DNA of 64,000 nt from Candidatus Latescibacterota bacterium. GTDB lineage: Bacteria; Latescibacterota; UBA2968. How positions within the stretch are numbered: position 1 is the first letter of the stretch; every line of letters starts with the position of its first letter. The notes beneath the pieces were generated by a model. The model was not told the DNA's origin, searched no databases, and worked only from the letters and a program-made list of their open reading frames with translations. Position numbers and translations under genes: made by a program. Positions 36,872-47,490 of this stretch are shown one piece after another. Where the stretch lies: positions 2,912,001 to 2,976,000 of the forward strand of contig OZ242010.1 of NCBI GenBank assembly GCA_965204745.1, written 5' to 3'.

Positions 36872-39800
36872 GTGAAGCTGATCGAATTTTCGACCCGGCG
36901 AAGGGTCACGGTAACGATGTTTGTGGCGGCAGCCGTGCTGTTTGGCATGGTGGCATTTCAACGCTTGGCAATCAACCTGCTGCCCGATATCACGTATCCC
37001 ACCTTGACGGTACGCACGGAATACGCCGGCACCGCGCCCTCAGAGATGGAACGCTTGATCACAGAGCCGATTGAGGGGTCCGTGGGCGTGGTCAATGGGG
37101 TCATCCGCGTCACCTCGACCTCGAGACCTGGGGTGTCGGATGTGGTCGTGGAATTTGCGTGGGGCACGGATATGGATTTTGCTTCGCTCGACATTCGAGA
37201 GAAGCTCGACCAAGTGCGCTTGCCACAAGACGTGCGAAAACCCGTGTTGTTGCGGTTCGACCCCTCGCTCGACCCGATCATGCGCGTCGGCCTCTACGGG
37301 GAAGAGAGCCTGATTTCCCTGCGCCTTTTGGCCGAAGAAGAGATCAAGCCCGAGTTGGAAAGCCTCGAGGGCGTGGCGTCTGTCCGCATCAATGGGGGAT
37401 TAGAGGAAGAAATTCAGGTCGAGATCGACCAGCCCAAATTGGCCGCGCTCCGCATTCCCTTGGCGCAGGTGGTCAATCGCTTGGCGCAGGAAAACGTGAA
37501 CCTCACGGGGGGCGAACTCAAAGATGGCGAAGCCGAATACTTGGTCCGCACCTTAAACGAATTTAAGACTATCGAGGAAATTCAGGATATCGTGGTGGGC
37601 CAGCGGCAAGGCACGATTGTGACCCTGGTCGATGTGGGGCGCGTGTGGCGGGGGCACCGCGAGCGCGCGGTGATTACGCGCATAGATCGGCAAGAGAGCG
37701 TGGAACTGGCGATCTACAAGGAGGGCGATGCCAATACGGTCACGGTTGCGCGCGCGGTCAAAGAGGCGATAGCGCAATTCCGGCAAACGTCTGGCGATTT
37801 GTTGGGCAATGCGCGCATGGAAGTGGTGTCCGACCAATCGACATTTATTCAGGACTCGGTTTCCGAAGTGCTCAACACCGCGATTTTGGGCGGGTTTTTA
37901 GCCATTATCGTTCTCTATCTGTTTTTGCAAAGCCCCAAGAGCACGGGCATCATCAGCGTTTCCATTCCCATTTCGGTCGTCGCCACGTTTTTCTTGATGT
38001 ACGTGTCGGATGTGAGTCTCAATATCATGTCCCTGGGCGGGCTCGCATTGGGGATCGGCATGCTGGTCGACAACTCCATCGTGGTGCTCGAAAGCGTGCA
38101 GCGTTATCGAGATTCGGGCATGGGGCCGCGCGAAGCCACAAATCGCGGCGGGTCCGAAGTGGGGCAAGCCGTGGTGGCGTCGACGATGACGACGATCTGC
38201 GTCTTCGTGCCCATCGTATTTGTGGAAGGCATCGCCGGGCAACTCTTTCGGGATCAGGCACTGACTGTGACCTATTCGCTCGTGGCGTCCCTCCTGGTCG
38301 CGCTCACGGTCATTCCCATGCTGGCCTCGCTGGAATTTTCGTGGATCGGGGAATTTGCCGCAGTGGAAAAACGCAAAAAGGAAAGCGGGCACAAGGGCGG
38401 GGTGGAAGCACCAGCCCGCGCGATGGGGTTGTTCGGCGCGGTGATGGGCGGCATCGGCCGCGGCATTCTCGCTTGCCTGGCGCCCTTGTTCTGGCTTTTT
38501 GACCGGGTCATCGGCCGGGCGTATCAGATCTACCCCCACATTATCCGGTGGGCACTCGGGCACCGCCTCGTGGTGATCGGGGTGGCTATCGCCCTGTTGG
38601 GCGGCACGGGGACCTTGGGCCAAAGGTTGGGCAGCGAGTTGATTCCGGAAATGAGCCAAGGCGCGTTCACCATTTCGGTCGAAATGCCCCTGGGCACGCC
38701 CTTGGCCGCGACGACGCAAGCCATCCAAGCCATCGAACACCTCGTCCGCAGCCAACCCGAAGTGCGCTTGGTGTACAGCATCGTCGGCACGCAATCCGCG
38801 TCTGGGGGAAGCGGCGGCGAAGAGCGGGAAAACGTGGGCGAGGTCAATGTGGTATTGCACGAGGGCATTATTCGAGACCGGGAAATCGCCGTGATGGACC
38901 GCCTGCGCCAGATGATTATGGAAATCCCCGCAGTGGATACCAAATTTACCCGGCCGTCCCTGTTTTCGTCTCGCACGCCCATCGAAGTCGAGGTCGCCGG
39001 CTACAACTTGCAATCGCTTCAGATGATCGCCGGGGAAATGATGGCGCGCATGCAGACCATTTCCGGACTGACGGATATCAAGACCACGAGCGAGGGCGGT
39101 ACGCCCGAAGTGCAAATCCGGTTTGACCGCAAGCGCGTGGCGCAGATGGGCACTACGATCAACGCTATCGGCGCGATCATCCGCAATCAGGTTCAAGGGG
39201 AAGTCGCCACGCAATTCACGCGCGGGGACAGGCGCGTGGATATTCGCGTGCGCGCAGAGGAAGAACACCGAAGCACAGTGGAGGACCTGCGGCGGTTGAT
39301 CATCAGCCCCAACAACGCGCCGACGCCCGTGCCCTTGAGCGTGGTCGCGGATTTGCAGGTGGAGATGGGGCCTGCGGAAATTCGCAGAGTTGACCAAGAG
39401 CGCGTGGCATTGATTTCCGCCAATTACGTGGGCAGAAGCCTCAGTGCCGTGGTCGCGGACTTGGAGCGCGAAATCGAGCAGATCGAGTTGCCCGCTGATT
39501 TTGCGATTAAGGTGGGCGGGCAAAACGAGGAGCAACAGCGGTCGTTTGAAAGCATGCGCTTGGCGATAGGGCTGGCGATTTTTCTCGTGTACCTCGTGAT
39601 GGCGTCGCAGTTTGAATCGCTCGTCCACCCGTTTGTGATCATGTTCGCCATCCCGTTCGCATTGGTCGGGGTATTTGCGATGCTCCTCTTGACCGGGCAG
39701 ACCGTCAGCGTGGTCGTGCTCATCGGTTTGATTATGTTGGCGGGCATCGTCGTCAACAATGCCATCGTGCTCATCGACTATATCAACACGCTCCGCCGCG

Positions 39801-40147
39801 ACGAGGGCATGCCCAAGCTGGAGGCCATCGCAGAAGCGGGCCGAGTGCGCCTGCGTCCCATTTTGATGACCACCTCGACCACCGTGCTCGGGTTGTTGCC
39901 CATGGCGATGGGCATTTTCAATTTTCAACCCCTCGTCAAGCACATCGAAGGCGCGTTGGATGGGGTGTTGTCCGGGTCGATATTCACTGCGGTGATGGCG
40001 GTGGTGGGGGTGCTCTTCCCGGTGGGGCAAGGCGCGGAGATTCGCGCGCCGATGGCGCTTACCGTGATCGGCGGGTTGGTCGTCTCGACACTCGTGACCC
40101 TGGTGTTGATCCCAACGCTGTATTCGCTCACGGATCGCGAGGAGTAG
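36872..40147 (+). CDS. RND efflux permease (AcrB/AcrD/AcrF family)
   Basis: LNIMSLGGLALGIGMLVDNSIVVLE, GIVVNNAIVLID, RLRPILMT. Confidence 0.95.
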   Translation: MKLIEFSTRRRVTVTMFVAAAVLFGMVAFQRLAINLLPDITYPTLTVRTEYAGTAPSEMERLITEPIEGSVGVVNGVIRVTSTSRPGVSDVVVEFAWGTDMDFASLDIREKLDQVRLPQDVRKPVLLRFDPSLDPIMRVGLYGEESLISLRLLAEEEIKPELESLEGVASVRINGGLEEEIQVEIDQPKLAALRIPLAQVVNRLAQENVNLTGGELKDGEAEYLVRTLNEFKTIEEIQDIVVGQRQGTIVTLVDVGRVWRGHRERAVITRIDRQESVELAIYKEGDANTVTVARAVKEAIAQFRQTSGDLLGNARMEVVSDQSTFIQDSVSEVLNTAILGGFLAIIVLYLFLQSPKSTGIISVSIPISVVATFFLMYVSDVSLNIMSLGGLALGIGMLVDNSIVVLESVQRYRDSGMGPREATNRGGSEVGQAVVASTMTTICVFVPIVFVEGIAGQLFRDQALTVTYSLVASLLVALTVIPMLASLEFSWIGEFAAVEKRKKESGHKGGVEAPARAMGLFGAVMGGIGRGILACLAPLFWLFDRVIGRAYQIYPHIIRWALGHRLVVIGVAIALLGGTGTLGQRLGSELIPEMSQGAFTISVEMPLGTPLAATTQAIQAIEHLVRSQPEVRLVYSIVGTQSASGGSGGEERENVGEVNVVLHEGIIRDREIAVMDRLRQMIMEIPAVDTKFTRPSLFSSRTPIEVEVAGYNLQSLQMIAGEMMARMQTISGLTDIKTTSEGGTPEVQIRFDRKRVAQMGTTINAIGAIIRNQVQGEVATQFTRGDRRVDIRVRAEEEHRSTVEDLRRLIISPNNAPTPVPLSVVADLQVEMGPAEIRRVDQERVALISANYVGRSLSAVVADLEREIEQIELPADFAIKVGGQNEEQQRSFESMRLAIGLAIFLVYLVMASQFESLVHPFVIMFAIPFALVGVFAMLLLTGQTVSVVVLIGLIMLAGIVVNNAIVLIDYINTLRRDEGMPKLEAIAEAGRVRLRPILMTTSTTVLGLLPMAMGIFNFQPLVKHIEGALDGVLSGSIFTAVMAVVGVLFPVGQGAEIRAPMALTVIGGLVVSTLVTLVLIPTLYSLTDREE

Positions 40148-40148
40148 C

Positions 40149-40973
40149 ATGACGACCGATATCGATCAAAAGCGCGACGAGACGTTTGCCGAATCGCTCC
40201 AGAACCATTCGCTTTCAGAACTCGAAGATATTTACGCCCATCTGGACCGCGACTCGTTTCCCGACCGTTTTGAATTGGTCAGAGCCGAGATCGAAACGCG
40301 CTTAAAGGAATTCGATTCCAATGGTGCGGACGCGGGCATCGAGGCCGAGCCGCCGGGGATTTGGCGGCGAATCGCGTCGGGCATGATCGATTTTTCCATG
40401 CAGGTGCTCGTTCCGTTTTTGATTTTTTATTTGATCAAAAATACCCTTTTTTCTCGCGCACAACCCGCGGGCGGCGGGGGTGGACGCGGTGGACGCGGGC
40501 GCGGCGGTGGCGGACGCGGGCGCGGCGGCGGTCAATCGGACGATCTCTGGTCGGACATCACGGGTTTTGTGGGCGGGGCAAAGGATCTCGTCGTCGGCTC
40601 GATAGAGGGCGATCCCGCAGCACAGAGCAGGGCGATGGCGATTTGGAATGATTTTGGAACGATTTTGGTCATTCTGATCGTTTTCCGAATTTTTATGACG
40701 CTGTCGGGCTGGGCGCGATCTGGGTTCACGCCTGGGATGCGCGAATTGGGCATTCGGCTAGAGCGCGTCAGGGGCGGGTCGCCAACGTGGGCGCAAGCGG
40801 TGGGCAGGTTTGTGTTGCAACCCGTGTTTTTTATTTTGAGTTTGGGACTCAGCGGATTGTGGATGCTTTGGGACCCGGACAGCCGAGCACTGCACGACAA
40901 AATTCTCGGCACAAAGCTGGTGCGCGTGTTGCGGACGTGGGAAAAGACAGAGGCGGAGCGGAGATTTGAATAG
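40149..40973 (+). CDS. RDD-family membrane protein with RGG insert
   Basis: WRRIASGMID, TPGMRELGIR, ALHDKILGT. Confidence 0.8.
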   Translation: MTTDIDQKRDETFAESLQNHSLSELEDIYAHLDRDSFPDRFELVRAEIETRLKEFDSNGADAGIEAEPPGIWRRIASGMIDFSMQVLVPFLIFYLIKNTLFSRAQPAGGGGGRGGRGRGGGGRGRGGGQSDDLWSDITGFVGGAKDLVVGSIEGDPAAQSRAMAIWNDFGTILVILIVFRIFMTLSGWARSGFTPGMRELGIRLERVRGGSPTWAQAVGRFVLQPVFFILSLGLSGLWMLWDPDSRALHDKILGTKLVRVLRTWEKTEAERRFE

Positions 40974-41085
40974 CGGGGAAGGCTGGACGCTGGCCGGTTT
41001 TTCGACTATTTGTGGCGGTTATCCGAAACTTTTGGTCATGTGCTTTCGTCTAAACCCTCGAAATATTTGGAGAAGGAGCGCGAGT

Positions 41086-41523
41086 ATGTGCAAATGGATG
41101 TACAAAGGATGTTGCGTCGTGCTGGCAACCGCGGTTTTCATCGGGTGTTTGGCGCCTGTTGCCGAAGCGCGATCTTTTTTTACCGCGCGGCGCACCTTTG
41201 GCGTTTTGTTTTTAGGTGGCAGTGCGTTTATGGCCAAGCGGGCGATTGATCACAAGCGCGATGCAAACGACATTTACGCCGCCTATAAGGTGGAGACAAA
41301 TGCTCGGGAGGCCGAACGGCTTTTTAACCGCGCGAGTGACCGCGATGACAAGAGCCTGATGAGCGTTGGGTTTTCTGCAATTTTGTTGATCAGTGGGTTG
41401 CGTTTGCTCATGCACAGCGGCGTGGATGAAAAAGTGCCCAAACTGGATCGGCGAATCAAAATTGATCTCAACAGCGATATTCGCAAAAGGTCTGTTGGGA
41501 TTGCGTTGAAGAAGAACTTTTAA
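41086..41523 (+). CDS. Hypothetical exported or membrane protein
   Basis: AAGGAG RBS, signal-like N-terminus, C-terminal F. Confidence 0.6.
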   Translation: MCKWMYKGCCVVLATAVFIGCLAPVAEARSFFTARRTFGVLFLGGSAFMAKRAIDHKRDANDIYAAYKVETNAREAERLFNRASDRDDKSLMSVGFSAILLISGLRLLMHSGVDEKVPKLDRRIKIDLNSDIRKRSVGIALKKNF

Positions 41524-41551
41524 TCGGCACACATGCCACGAGGAGAGGATT

Positions 41552-43333
41552 ATGAAGCACAGATGGACACACCGGTTGACAGTCGGCTTGTTGGGAATTG
41601 CTACGATTTTGATCGCGATGTGGGGGTGCGGGCGCGAGCGCGTAAATCCCGTTGACTCAAATTTTGAGGGCGGCAGCGGCGCGGCTCTGAATCCACCGGG
41701 CAATATTCGCGCCCAAGGCACTATTGGGCGGATCGCCTTGAACTGGAACCCGGTGAACAACGCCAACTTGGCGGGCTACGGCGTCTATCGGGCAACATCG
41801 GCGACGGGAGAATTTGTGCGGTTGCGCGGCGAGGCATCTGCCGCCGAGGTGACGACCGCACGTACGACCTTTGTGGATTCCACGCTCGATCTGAGCGTGT
41901 CGAAAATCTATTTTTACAAACTCAAGACCGTGGATGCAGATGGGGGAGCGAGTGAATTTTCCACTTATGTAAGCGCGGAAGCCCTCGACGACACGCGGGC
42001 GCCGGGCGCGCCGACGAATTTCGTCGCCGTCACCGATGTCGATAATGCCCAAGTGACGCTGGGTTGGGCCGCGCCAGAGATGGATGAAGGCAATGCGGAA
42101 TTGACCGGGCTTTCGGGGTACAAAATTTTCAGGATCAAGGATTCGCAGGGCAGACTTCAGGTGCAAGGATCGCAGGAGGCTCTGCTCGCACTCATAGGGG
42201 ACTTGGGCATCGACCTCGATGATTTGGGGCAATTGTCCGAGGAATTGACAGATATTTTTGTGCAATTTGGCACCGTGCCAAGCGGCCAGACCTTTTTTGT
42301 CGATACGGACAGGCTCGAAGTCGGCGTGCTCTACGTTTATTTGGTCAGGGCGGTCGATCCTGCGGGCAATACGGGGCGTGCGGCGATAGCTTTGGTGACC
42401 GTACAGGCACCGGGCGCGAGCTTGCCAATGCCTGCGAATTTGCGCGCGACGCAAAACCAACAGGCGCGCATCGTCGTGTCGTGGAATCCGGTGGTCGATC
42501 CCGATTTGCTCGGGTATCTGGTTTTGCGGTCACAATCCACGCAAGGGCCATTCAACCCCGTAACAGAAGATACGCTCTTTACCACGGGTCAGACGCAATA
42601 CGTGGATTCGCTGGTCGTGGTCGAAGCGGTGTATTTCTACAAAGTTCAAACGGTCGTGCAGGATCCCACCCATGGGGTCTTACGCAGTGACGCTTCCACG
42701 TTCATCGACGGGCGGGCAATTGCCGATCAGAGCCCCCCGGCCGCGCCCGGCAATTTGATCGCCAATGCCGAGGGCGGCACGGCGGTTGAGTTGCGCTGGA
42801 ACGCGCCCAAAACCGACGCTAATAACAGGGACCTGACCGGGCTTACGGGTTATGTGATTTACCGTGGCGCCTCGGGGGATGGACTCACCGAATTGGTTCG
42901 CGTGGATGCGGCTGAGCGCAGGTATTTTGATAGGGATGTGGAAGAAAATACGGCCTATACCTATCAGATCACTGCTATTGATGCCCACGGGAATGAGAGT
43001 GCGCGCACTGCTCGCGTGACAGCGAGAACAGAAGCGGGCGTCGTGCCTGCTAGGGATTTGCGGGCCGCTTATGATAGCGGTGCAGATGCGGTCAATTTGA
43101 GGTGGGTCGCGCCCCCTGTGTTCGACAGTTTCATCGTTGAACGCGCAGAACTCCCGGCAGGCAGTGCTTCGAGCCAGAATTTGTCCTATCAAACGCTGGT
43201 TTTCGACCATTCCTCCACGTCTTATGTCGATAGTGGTATCGACAGTCGCACCACTTATGTTTATCGAGTTCGCGTTAATCTCAATGGACGGATTAGCGAT
43301 CCCACAGAAGCGGTTTTTGTCCGGATTCCATAG
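41552..43333 (+). CDS. Fibronectin type III repeat lipoprotein
   Basis: Lipobox AMWGC; repeated L.W..GY.IYR..D..Y.Y.V.A.D units. Confidence 0.85.
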   Translation: MKHRWTHRLTVGLLGIATILIAMWGCGRERVNPVDSNFEGGSGAALNPPGNIRAQGTIGRIALNWNPVNNANLAGYGVYRATSATGEFVRLRGEASAAEVTTARTTFVDSTLDLSVSKIYFYKLKTVDADGGASEFSTYVSAEALDDTRAPGAPTNFVAVTDVDNAQVTLGWAAPEMDEGNAELTGLSGYKIFRIKDSQGRLQVQGSQEALLALIGDLGIDLDDLGQLSEELTDIFVQFGTVPSGQTFFVDTDRLEVGVLYVYLVRAVDPAGNTGRAAIALVTVQAPGASLPMPANLRATQNQQARIVVSWNPVVDPDLLGYLVLRSQSTQGPFNPVTEDTLFTTGQTQYVDSLVVVEAVYFYKVQTVVQDPTHGVLRSDASTFIDGRAIADQSPPAAPGNLIANAEGGTAVELRWNAPKTDANNRDLTGLTGYVIYRGASGDGLTELVRVDAAERRYFDRDVEENTAYTYQITAIDAHGNESARTARVTARTEAGVVPARDLRAAYDSGADAVNLRWVAPPVFDSFIVERAELPAGSASSQNLSYQTLVFDHSSTSYVDSGIDSRTTYVYRVRVNLNGRISDPTEAVFVRIP

Positions 43334-43359
43334 AGTGAGATGGCAAGGGGCGAAGTCAG

Positions 43360-43393
43360 ACGGCGTTCTTAAAAAGAAGGACGCCGTTTTTTT
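43360..43393 (+). terminator. Intrinsic terminator
   Basis: ACGGCGTTCTT/AAGGACGCCGT stem followed by T-tract. Confidence 0.8.
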
Positions 43394-43484
43394 CGCATAA
43401 AAGGCGACACATTTAGACCACATGTTGTTATTCATGCGTCAGTTTTCGACGCCTAAATTTTCACGATAATTTTAAGTACTTGTT

Positions 43485-43529
43485 TTTCAACATATTGCAA
43501 ATTTTGCCGATTTTGGCACAGTTCATGCA
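43485..43529 (+). promoter_or_regulatory. Putative sigma54 promoter (TGGCACAGTTCATGCA, 43514-43529) with upstream IHF-like site (TTTCAACATATTG)
   Basis: Exact GG-N10-GC spacing; WATCAAN4TTR-like match. Confidence 0.6.
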
Positions 43530-43578
43530 TAATATCTCCCCCAACACTTGTTCACCAACCCACCTACAGGAGGCTGTT

Positions 43579-44887
43579 ATGGGAGATGTTTTGATCGTCG
43601 ATGGAAACCCGCAACGCGCAATGCAAGCGGTGCAGTTGCTGAGGGACTTGGACGCCAAGGCGTGCATCACCGGTTCTGTCGTGGACTGCCTGAAACACCT
43701 CGAGGAGCAAAAACCCGACCTCGCGTTGGTCGCCGAAGAGCTTCCCGATGGGCAGGGCGTGCAACTGCTTCCCGCGTTTGATGGTCTGTGTCCGGTCGTG
43801 ATCGTGGGGGAATACATGGTGTCCGATAGGATTCTGGAGACATTGTCCTTGGGCGCGCGAGATTTTCTCGTCCATCCCCTCGACCGACAGGTGTTGGATA
43901 CGTTGCTCTCTCAACTGCGCGTTGAGGGTAAAATCGCATTGCGCTACCTGCCCCAAAATCACCGGTACGAGTCCCCCACCGGGATGGTGATCGGCTCGTG
44001 CCCGAGCATGTTGGACGCGCTCAAACGTGCGGGCCTGACCGCGAAAACATCGGCCTCGGTGCTGTGATTCACGGGGAAAGCGGAACCGGAAAGGAGTTGA
44101 TGGCGCGAGAAATCCATCGGGCGTCGGGAAGATCCGGGGCATTTGTCGCGCTCAACTGCGCGGCGGTGGCAGAAGGCATTGCCGAGAGCGAATTGTTCGG
44201 GCACGAGCGCGGCGCGTTTACCGGCGCCGTGAGCCGGCGGGCCGGGTGTTTTGAACAAGCCGATGGCGGCACGCTTTTTTTGGACGAAATCGGCGAGGCG
44301 TCGTCCTCATTTCAAGCCAAGTTGTTGCGCGCCTTGGACCGCGGCGAATTTGTCCGGGTGGGCGGGTGGTTTCGGCGACCAACAGCGACCTGAAATCCCT
44401 GGTCAAGCGCGATGCGTTTCGCCTGGATCTGTTTTATCGCCTCAGCGCCGTGACCCTTGCGCTGCCGCCTCTGCGAGAACGCCGCGAGGACATTCCGCGC
44501 ATTGTGCAAGCGATGCTCTCACGGTTAAGGGGCGATGCGGGCGTGGAGGTGCAAGGCGTGTCTGAAGCGGCTGTGGAGTATCTCGTGGGCTACGAATGGC
44601 CGGGCAATTTGCGGGAGATGCAACACACCATCCACCGCGCAGCATGCCAAAAGGGCGTGATTCGCCCCGAGCATCTCGACGATCTCAAGCCCAAGCGGTC
44701 CAAGACTTCCAACGGCATTGCGACCCTGAGTGAGATTGAGCAAGCGCACATTGAACGGGTCATGCTGGCGACGGGCGGCAATCAGGGGCGGGCCTGTGAA
44801 TTGCTCGGGGTGTCGAGGCCGACCCTGCGCCGAAAGATACGCCGATACGCACTTGAAAAGAAGAAAGACGGGCGTGTTAAACCTTGA
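43579..44887 (+). pseudogene. NtrC-type sigma54 activator disrupted by two frameshifts
   Basis: Receiver-like N-terminus, [28 protein letters not shown] and Fis HTH spread over 3 frames. Apparent 2-nt insertion near 44064; deletion near 44366. Confidence 0.85.
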
Positions 44888-44956
44888 CGCGAGCGTGGGT
44901 ACTGCTGATAATATGGGCGCGACACGGGTTTTGAGTTGCACAACTTAGGAGGGATT

Positions 44957-46120
44957 ATGGGATTTCTCGTGGATCTTCTTTGCACGCGAACCGGAAAGGC
45001 GTATCCAAAAGATCAACTCTGGAATTTGAGCCCCGAAGCAAACGCGCCCCTGTTTGCCCGCTACGACCTCGCCGCGGTTGCAAAGGCCCTGCGCCGGGAA
45101 AACCTCGCGGCCCGACCACCGACGATGTGGCGTTATGCCGAAGTGTTGCCGGTTGAAGACGCGCAATTTCAGGTCAGCTTGGGCGAGGGATTTACCCCGT
45201 TGTTGCAAGCCGAATCCATGGGGCGAAAGATCGGCGTGCCAAATTTGTACATCAAGGACGAGGGGTTAAATCCGACCGGGTCGTTTAAGGCCCGCGGCAT
45301 GTCCGCGGCCATTTCCCGGGCCGCGGAATTGGGGGCGTCGGCCATTGCCATTCCCTCGGCCGGCAATGCCGGGGGCGCGACCGCTGCTTATGCGGCGCGG
45401 GCGGGTTTGTCTGCCCATATTTTTATGCCCAAAGACGTGCCCCGAGCCAATTACGTGGAGTGCAAAGTTTTGGGCGCGCAGGTCGAATTGGTCGATGGGT
45501 TGATTTCGGATTGCGGGAAAATTGTGGGGTCTCGCAAGGAAGCCGAGGGCTGGTTTGACATTTCGACCCTGAAAGAGCCATACCGCGTGGAGGGAAAAAA
45601 AACGATGGGCTATGAATTGGCCGAGCAGTTCGATTGGGAATTGCCAGAGGTCGTGATTTATCCAACGGGCGGGGGCACGGGGTTGATCGGCATGTGGAAG
45701 GCGTTTGACGAGATGGAGCAGATGGGATGGATTGGGCCGGAACGCCCTCGGATGATTTCCGTGCAAGCAGCGGGATGCGCGCCCATTGTTCGCGCCTATC
45801 AAGCGGGCGCGGCGCAGGCCGAACCCTGGCGCGACGCCGAAACAGTGGCCGCGGGCTTGCGCGTGCCGGTTGCTGTCGGCGATTTTTTGATGCTCAAAGC
45901 CATTCGGGAAAGCGGGGGATGCGCGCTTTCCGTCACGGATGAAGAACTGATGGCGGCCACTTCGCAAATGGCCGCTGCCGTGGGTTCGTTTCCCGCTCCC
46001 GAAGGCGCGGCCACCCTCGCGGTCCTCGAAAAGCTCATCGCCCGCAATTTGGTTGCCGAGCACGAGCGCGTGGTGTTGTTCAACACCGGGACCGGGTTGA
46101 AATACATCGAGCTTTTTTGA
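44957..46120 (+). CDS. thrC: Threonine synthase (PLP-dependent)
   Basis: SLGEGFTP, NPTGSFKARG, SAGNAG, EGKKT, PTGGGTG, NTGTGLKY. Confidence 0.88.
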   Translation: MGFLVDLLCTRTGKAYPKDQLWNLSPEANAPLFARYDLAAVAKALRRENLAARPPTMWRYAEVLPVEDAQFQVSLGEGFTPLLQAESMGRKIGVPNLYIKDEGLNPTGSFKARGMSAAISRAAELGASAIAIPSAGNAGGATAAYAARAGLSAHIFMPKDVPRANYVECKVLGAQVELVDGLISDCGKIVGSRKEAEGWFDISTLKEPYRVEGKKTMGYELAEQFDWELPEVVIYPTGGGTGLIGMWKAFDEMEQMGWIGPERPRMISVQAAGCAPIVRAYQAGAAQAEPWRDAETVAAGLRVPVAVGDFLMLKAIRESGGCALSVTDEELMAATSQMAAAVGSFPAPEGAATLAVLEKLIARNLVAEHERVVLFNTGTGLKYIELF

Positions 46121-46138
46121 GTACTCTGTTAAATTATT

Positions 46139-46477
46139 TTAATTTTTGAGTGGTGAGGATAAACGCGCTGATACTGGGCCTTCATCTTGTCTCGCGCCTT
46201 GGGCAAGGTGAACCGAAGAAGTGATTTCATCGGTTTGTGCTCCTTGAATCGCGTTGGCTTTCGGAATGGGTTCTCCGTCCTCTCGGTAACATTCCTTCAT
46301 CAACTCCCAGGCTACTTTCAACTCGACCAACGCCTCGTCGGGCGTCTGTCCGAAAGCCGAGACATTGGGCAATTCCGCAAAATGCTCGAGATAATCGCCA
46401 TCCTCGTCGAGAAACATCTCGACCGCAAACCCATCAAAATCGTCTGGGGTATTATTTTTCACTTCTTGTCTCCTCAT
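46139..46477 (-). CDS. Orphan HicB-like antitoxin N-terminal domain
   Basis: DEDGDY..FAELPNVSAFGQTPDEAL..L..A....GEPIP; alternative GTG start at 46462. Confidence 0.7.
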   Translation of the reverse strand: MRRQEVKNNTPDDFDGFAVEMFLDEDGDYLEHFAELPNVSAFGQTPDEALVELKVAWELMKECYREDGEPIPKANAIQGAQTDEITSSVHLAQGARQDEGPVSARLSSPLKN

Positions 46478-46553
46478 TGTATTGCCTGAGAAATTGTCGA
46501 ACTTGGTAGCCCTTGCCCATGGCGCGATTGGCTTGGACGTGGATATCCATTCA

Positions 46554-47303
46554 TCAAATCCGCTCCAACGCGCTGGCCTCAATCCAGCCGCCGAGGCCCG
46601 AGCGCAGGCGCACCAGTAACCACCCGCCTTCGACGCGCTCGATCTCGACCTTTGTGCCTTCGTGGAGCGTGAACACCTGAAGAAAATCGCGCCCCGGCCC
46701 ACTGCGGCCAATGGCTTCATCGGCCAGCACAATGCCTTGGGAAACTTGGCGCGCCTTAAACGCGAGCATGCCCGCACTGCCCAAAAGCGCGACCACAACT
46801 ACCGCCAGCAACCCGCCCCACAGCACGCGGCGAATGGGCACAAAAATCCAGCACGCCGCGACGCCGCCCAAACAAAAGACAAACGCGCAGACCAGAACCG
46901 CCAGCATATCGACCGAGAAAAACGCGAAAATCGCCTGCAAAATCCGCGTTGCCACATTCTCCTCGTTCTCGGTTTCTCGATCTGTTTTTCGGGCATTGGC
47001 AAATCGCAAATTCGCCAGCACATCCTCGTCTCGCGGCATCAACTTCAACGCGCGCTCATAAGACAAAATCGCGCGGCCCAACTGCCCGTTCTTAAAATAG
47101 GCATTGCCCAAATTGTAATACACCTCGCCATTGTGGAGGCCCTCGGCAATAACGCGCTGGTAGGCTGAAATCGCCGCCTGAAAATGCCCAGCGCGATACT
47201 GCTCATTGCCCCGATTGTAGAGCGCGACGGCCGACTCAGAGGCCAGCACATCCACCCACCCCATCGCACCCACGCCAACGAGGAACAACACCACTTTCAT
47301 CAT
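46554..47303 (-). CDS. BatE-like TPR plus SH3 protein
   Basis: YYNLGNAYFK..GRAILSYERA, two TMs, FTLHEGTKV..GWI. Confidence 0.85.
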   Translation of the reverse strand: MMKVVLFLVGVGAMGWVDVLASESAVALYNRGNEQYRAGHFQAAISAYQRVIAEGLHNGEVYYNLGNAYFKNGQLGRAILSYERALKLMPRDEDVLANLRFANARKTDRETENEENVATRILQAIFAFFSVDMLAVLVCAFVFCLGGVAACWIFVPIRRVLWGGLLAVVVVALLGSAGMLAFKARQVSQGIVLADEAIGRSGPGRDFLQVFTLHEGTKVEIERVEGGWLLVRLRSGLGGWIEASALERI

Positions 47304-47346
47304 CTTTCGCCTCAATATGGGACCTATCCCCTAACCGAGAATAACA

Positions 47347-47445
47347 TCTTGCGTCTTACCTCTCTCCATCTTGCGTCTTACCTCTCCCATCTTGCGTCTT
47401 GCCTCTCCCGTCTTACCTCTCCCGTCTTACCTCTCCCGTCTTACT
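47347..47445. repeat. 7/14-bp degenerate array (CTTACCTCTCCCGT)
   Basis: Visible between batD and batE. Confidence 0.85.
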
Positions 47446-47490
47446 CACCGCGCTCCATCGTGGGCTACGCCTGCACGGGGGAGGGGCGCA

